From: Candidatus Acidiferrum sp.
Lineage (GTDB): Bacteria > Acidobacteriota > Terriglobia > Acidiferrales > UBA7541
Direction: 5' to 3'
NCBI GenBank assembly: GCA_035262885.1
Contig: DATFRZ010000063.1
Span: 9,062 to 73,061 of the forward strand
Length of the DNA stretch: 64,000 nucleotides
The position numbers and the translations under genes are program-made. This document shows positions 62,404-64,000 of the stretch, piece by piece. Under the pieces are notes generated by a model. The model made no database searches. It saw only the letters and a list, made by a program, of their open reading frames with translations, and had not been told where the DNA came from. How positions within the stretch are numbered: position 1 is the first letter of the stretch; each line of letters begins with the position of its first letter.

Positions 62404-62808
62404 ATGAAACCCAGCGATCGCCCCATTCGCGTCCTCGTGGCAGATGATTCGCCATCGGCGCTGGCTTGCATTTGCCGGTACCTCGAGTTCGAAGGAACGT
62501 TCGAAATCGTCGGAACCGCTTCGGATGGTCTTCGTCTGGTGCAAAAAGCAGGGCGCCTGCGTCCCGACCTGGTGCTCACGGACTTAAGCATGCCGCTCCT
62601 TAACGGCCTCGAGGCGACAACGGAGTTACGAAGGCTTTTTCCCGAACTTCGCATTGTTGTCATCACGCAGCTCAGCGGGCTGTCTCTGAGGGAAGAATGC
62701 GTGCGGCGCGGGGCCGATGCGCTGGTTGAAAAAAGCCAAATGCCTGGAAGACTTATGGAGGAGGTTAGCAAGCTTTTCCCAAGAGATTCCGCCCTCGAAC
62801 AAGGGTGA
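62404..62808 (+). CDS. Single-domain response regulator
   Basis: VADDS, LTDLSMP, VEKS; no output domain. Confidence 0.88.
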   Translation: MKPSDRPIRVLVADDSPSALACICRYLEFEGTFEIVGTASDGLRLVQKAGRLRPDLVLTDLSMPLLNGLEATTELRRLFPELRIVVITQLSGLSLREECVRRGADALVEKSQMPGRLMEEVSKLFPRDSALEQG

Positions 62809-62869
62809 ATGCCAGCGAGGTGGATGCGAAGGCAAGTCCCGAGTCCAGCCAGGAAGAGCAAGTCAGACC

Positions 62870-64000
62870 ATGCAATCGCAGCGTTATCAAATTCTGTTGA
62901 TTGGAGAGGATCCTTCTCGGACACAGATCTACGTGGAGATGCTGCAGGGTGCCGAAGACGCTTCTTTTGTTGTAGGGAAGGAGACGAATTGGCAATCGGC
63001 TTTGTCACGGTTTGCTTCCGCTAAGCCTGACTCGCCTCTGTTTGACGCGATTTTGTGGGAGCCTCCTTCCTTGGATCCGACCGCCTTGGCGTTGCTGAAA
63101 GACGCTGCTTTGCAATCGCTCTCTGTTCCCTGCGTGGTCCTGGTTTCTGAGAGTCAAGAATCGGCGGGAAAGCAAGTGCTTGAGGCGGGAGCCAGCGAAT
63201 TCCTTGTCAAGGAGACGCTCGGCAAGGATTTGCTCCAAAGAGCTCTGCGGTACGCGATTGAGCGCAACCGGGCGGAGAGCTCCGTTCGACAGTGGGAGAA
63301 GCGCTTCGAGGATTTCTTCGAGAACACGAAAGACATCCTGTTCATCCTGGACCTGGAGGGCAATCTCACGTCGGTGAACAAAGCGGCCGAGGAAATAATG
63401 GGCTGGCCGCGAAACGAGGCTTTGCGGAAAAACATCAAGGGCCTGGTCGCGCCGGAGCACGCTGCGTTGTGCAATGAAGTGATGCGACGCATCGTGAGCG
63501 AAGAGCCGCTGCAGCATTTCGAGATCGCCATGTTGCGAAAGGACGGACGCAAAGTCCTGCTGGAAATCAGCGCTCGCCTGCTTCGTTCGAACGGAAGGAA
63601 GGATTGCGTGCAGGGAATCGCCCGTGACGTCACCGAGCGGCGGCAATTGGAGAACATGGTTCGCCAGTCGCAGAAGCTCGAGGCTATCGGCAGGCTCTCA
63701 GGGGGATTGGCGCACGATTTCAACAACCTGTTGTGCGTCATCAATGGGCACACGGAGCTATTGACCGAAGCGCTCCAGCCGGGCGACCCGCGGATGCGCA
63801 GCGTCACACAGATTCGAAAGGCCGCGGACAGCGCCGCCGCCCTGACTCGGCAGCTGCTGGCCTTCAGCCGCCGGCAGGTTTTTCATCCGCAGGCTGTCGA
63901 TCTCAACGCCATCGTGACGGAAACCGAGAGGCTTTTAGGCCGGCTGATTGACGAGCACATCGAGTTTTACACGGCCCTCGATCCCACGCTAGGCCGTGTG
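62870..64000 (+). CDS. Pseudo-receiver/PAS sensor histidine kinase, partial (runs off right edge)
   Basis: Manual translation MQSQRYQILLIGED...RALRYAIER, PAS domain, QSQKLEAIGRLSGGLAHDFNNLL; missing from the ORF track because it has no stop in the window. Confidence 0.9.
   Translation, partial: MQSQRYQILLIGEDPSRTQIYVEMLQGAEDASFVVGKETNWQSALSRFASAKPDSPLFDAILWEPPSLDPTALALLKDAALQSLSVPCVVLVSESQESAGKQVLEAGASEFLVKETLGKDLLQRALRYAIERNRAESSVRQWEKRFEDFFENTKDILFILDLEGNLTSVNKAAEEIMGWPRNEALRKNIKGLVAPEHAALCNEVMRRIVSEEPLQHFEIAMLRKDGRKVLLEISARLLRSNGRKDCVQGIARDVTERRQLENMVRQSQKLEAIGRLSGGLAHDFNNLLCVINGHTELLTEALQPGDPRMRSVTQIRKAADSAAALTRQLLAFSRRQVFHPQAVDLNAIVTETERLLGRLIDEHIEFYTALDPTLGRV

Overview
GC-rich bacterial chromosome segment. 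Gene content and order (F1 operon led by b'/b with no a/c subunits, typical small secreted proteins) suggest Acidobacteriota, probably Terriglobia; this is an inference. Left to right: (1) a minus-strand surface-glycan cluster (three GT4s, a membrane transglutaminase-like protein, AsnB amidotransferase, a decayed four-helix-bundle gene, a NodU/CmcH carbamoyltransferase); (2) a beta-propeller protein, HAD phosphatase, DksA/TraR, decayed comF, HNH nuclease, STAS protein, metallophosphoesterase and queA; (3) hsp20-clpB-htpX; (4) small regulatory/secreted genes, nagA, glutaredoxin and atpF'FHAGDC; (5) hydrolases, acyl-CoA dehydrogenase, DUF711, TM0106 nuclease-helicase, DinB, ThiE-like, TPR and GH27 genes; (6) rpsP-khpA-rimM-trmD-rplS-rnhB broken by three insertions (GH44; ATP-grasp plus LLM monooxygenase; two S9 peptidases); (7) a four-gene two-component cluster running off the right end. 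I saw no tRNA, rRNA, CRISPR array or intact transposase. The best non-obvious signals are non-coding: a candidate promoter-terminator-bounded small RNA with three TGACACGCA elements that could gate the start codon of a secreted-protein gene (14394-14649), a second orphan promoter-terminator unit (12617-12716), ~21-bp direct repeats bracketing the GH44 gene, two sigma54-like promoters with TACTAGTA palindromes, and a heptamer repeat translated inside trmD. All calls are from reading motifs by eye; no searches were run.
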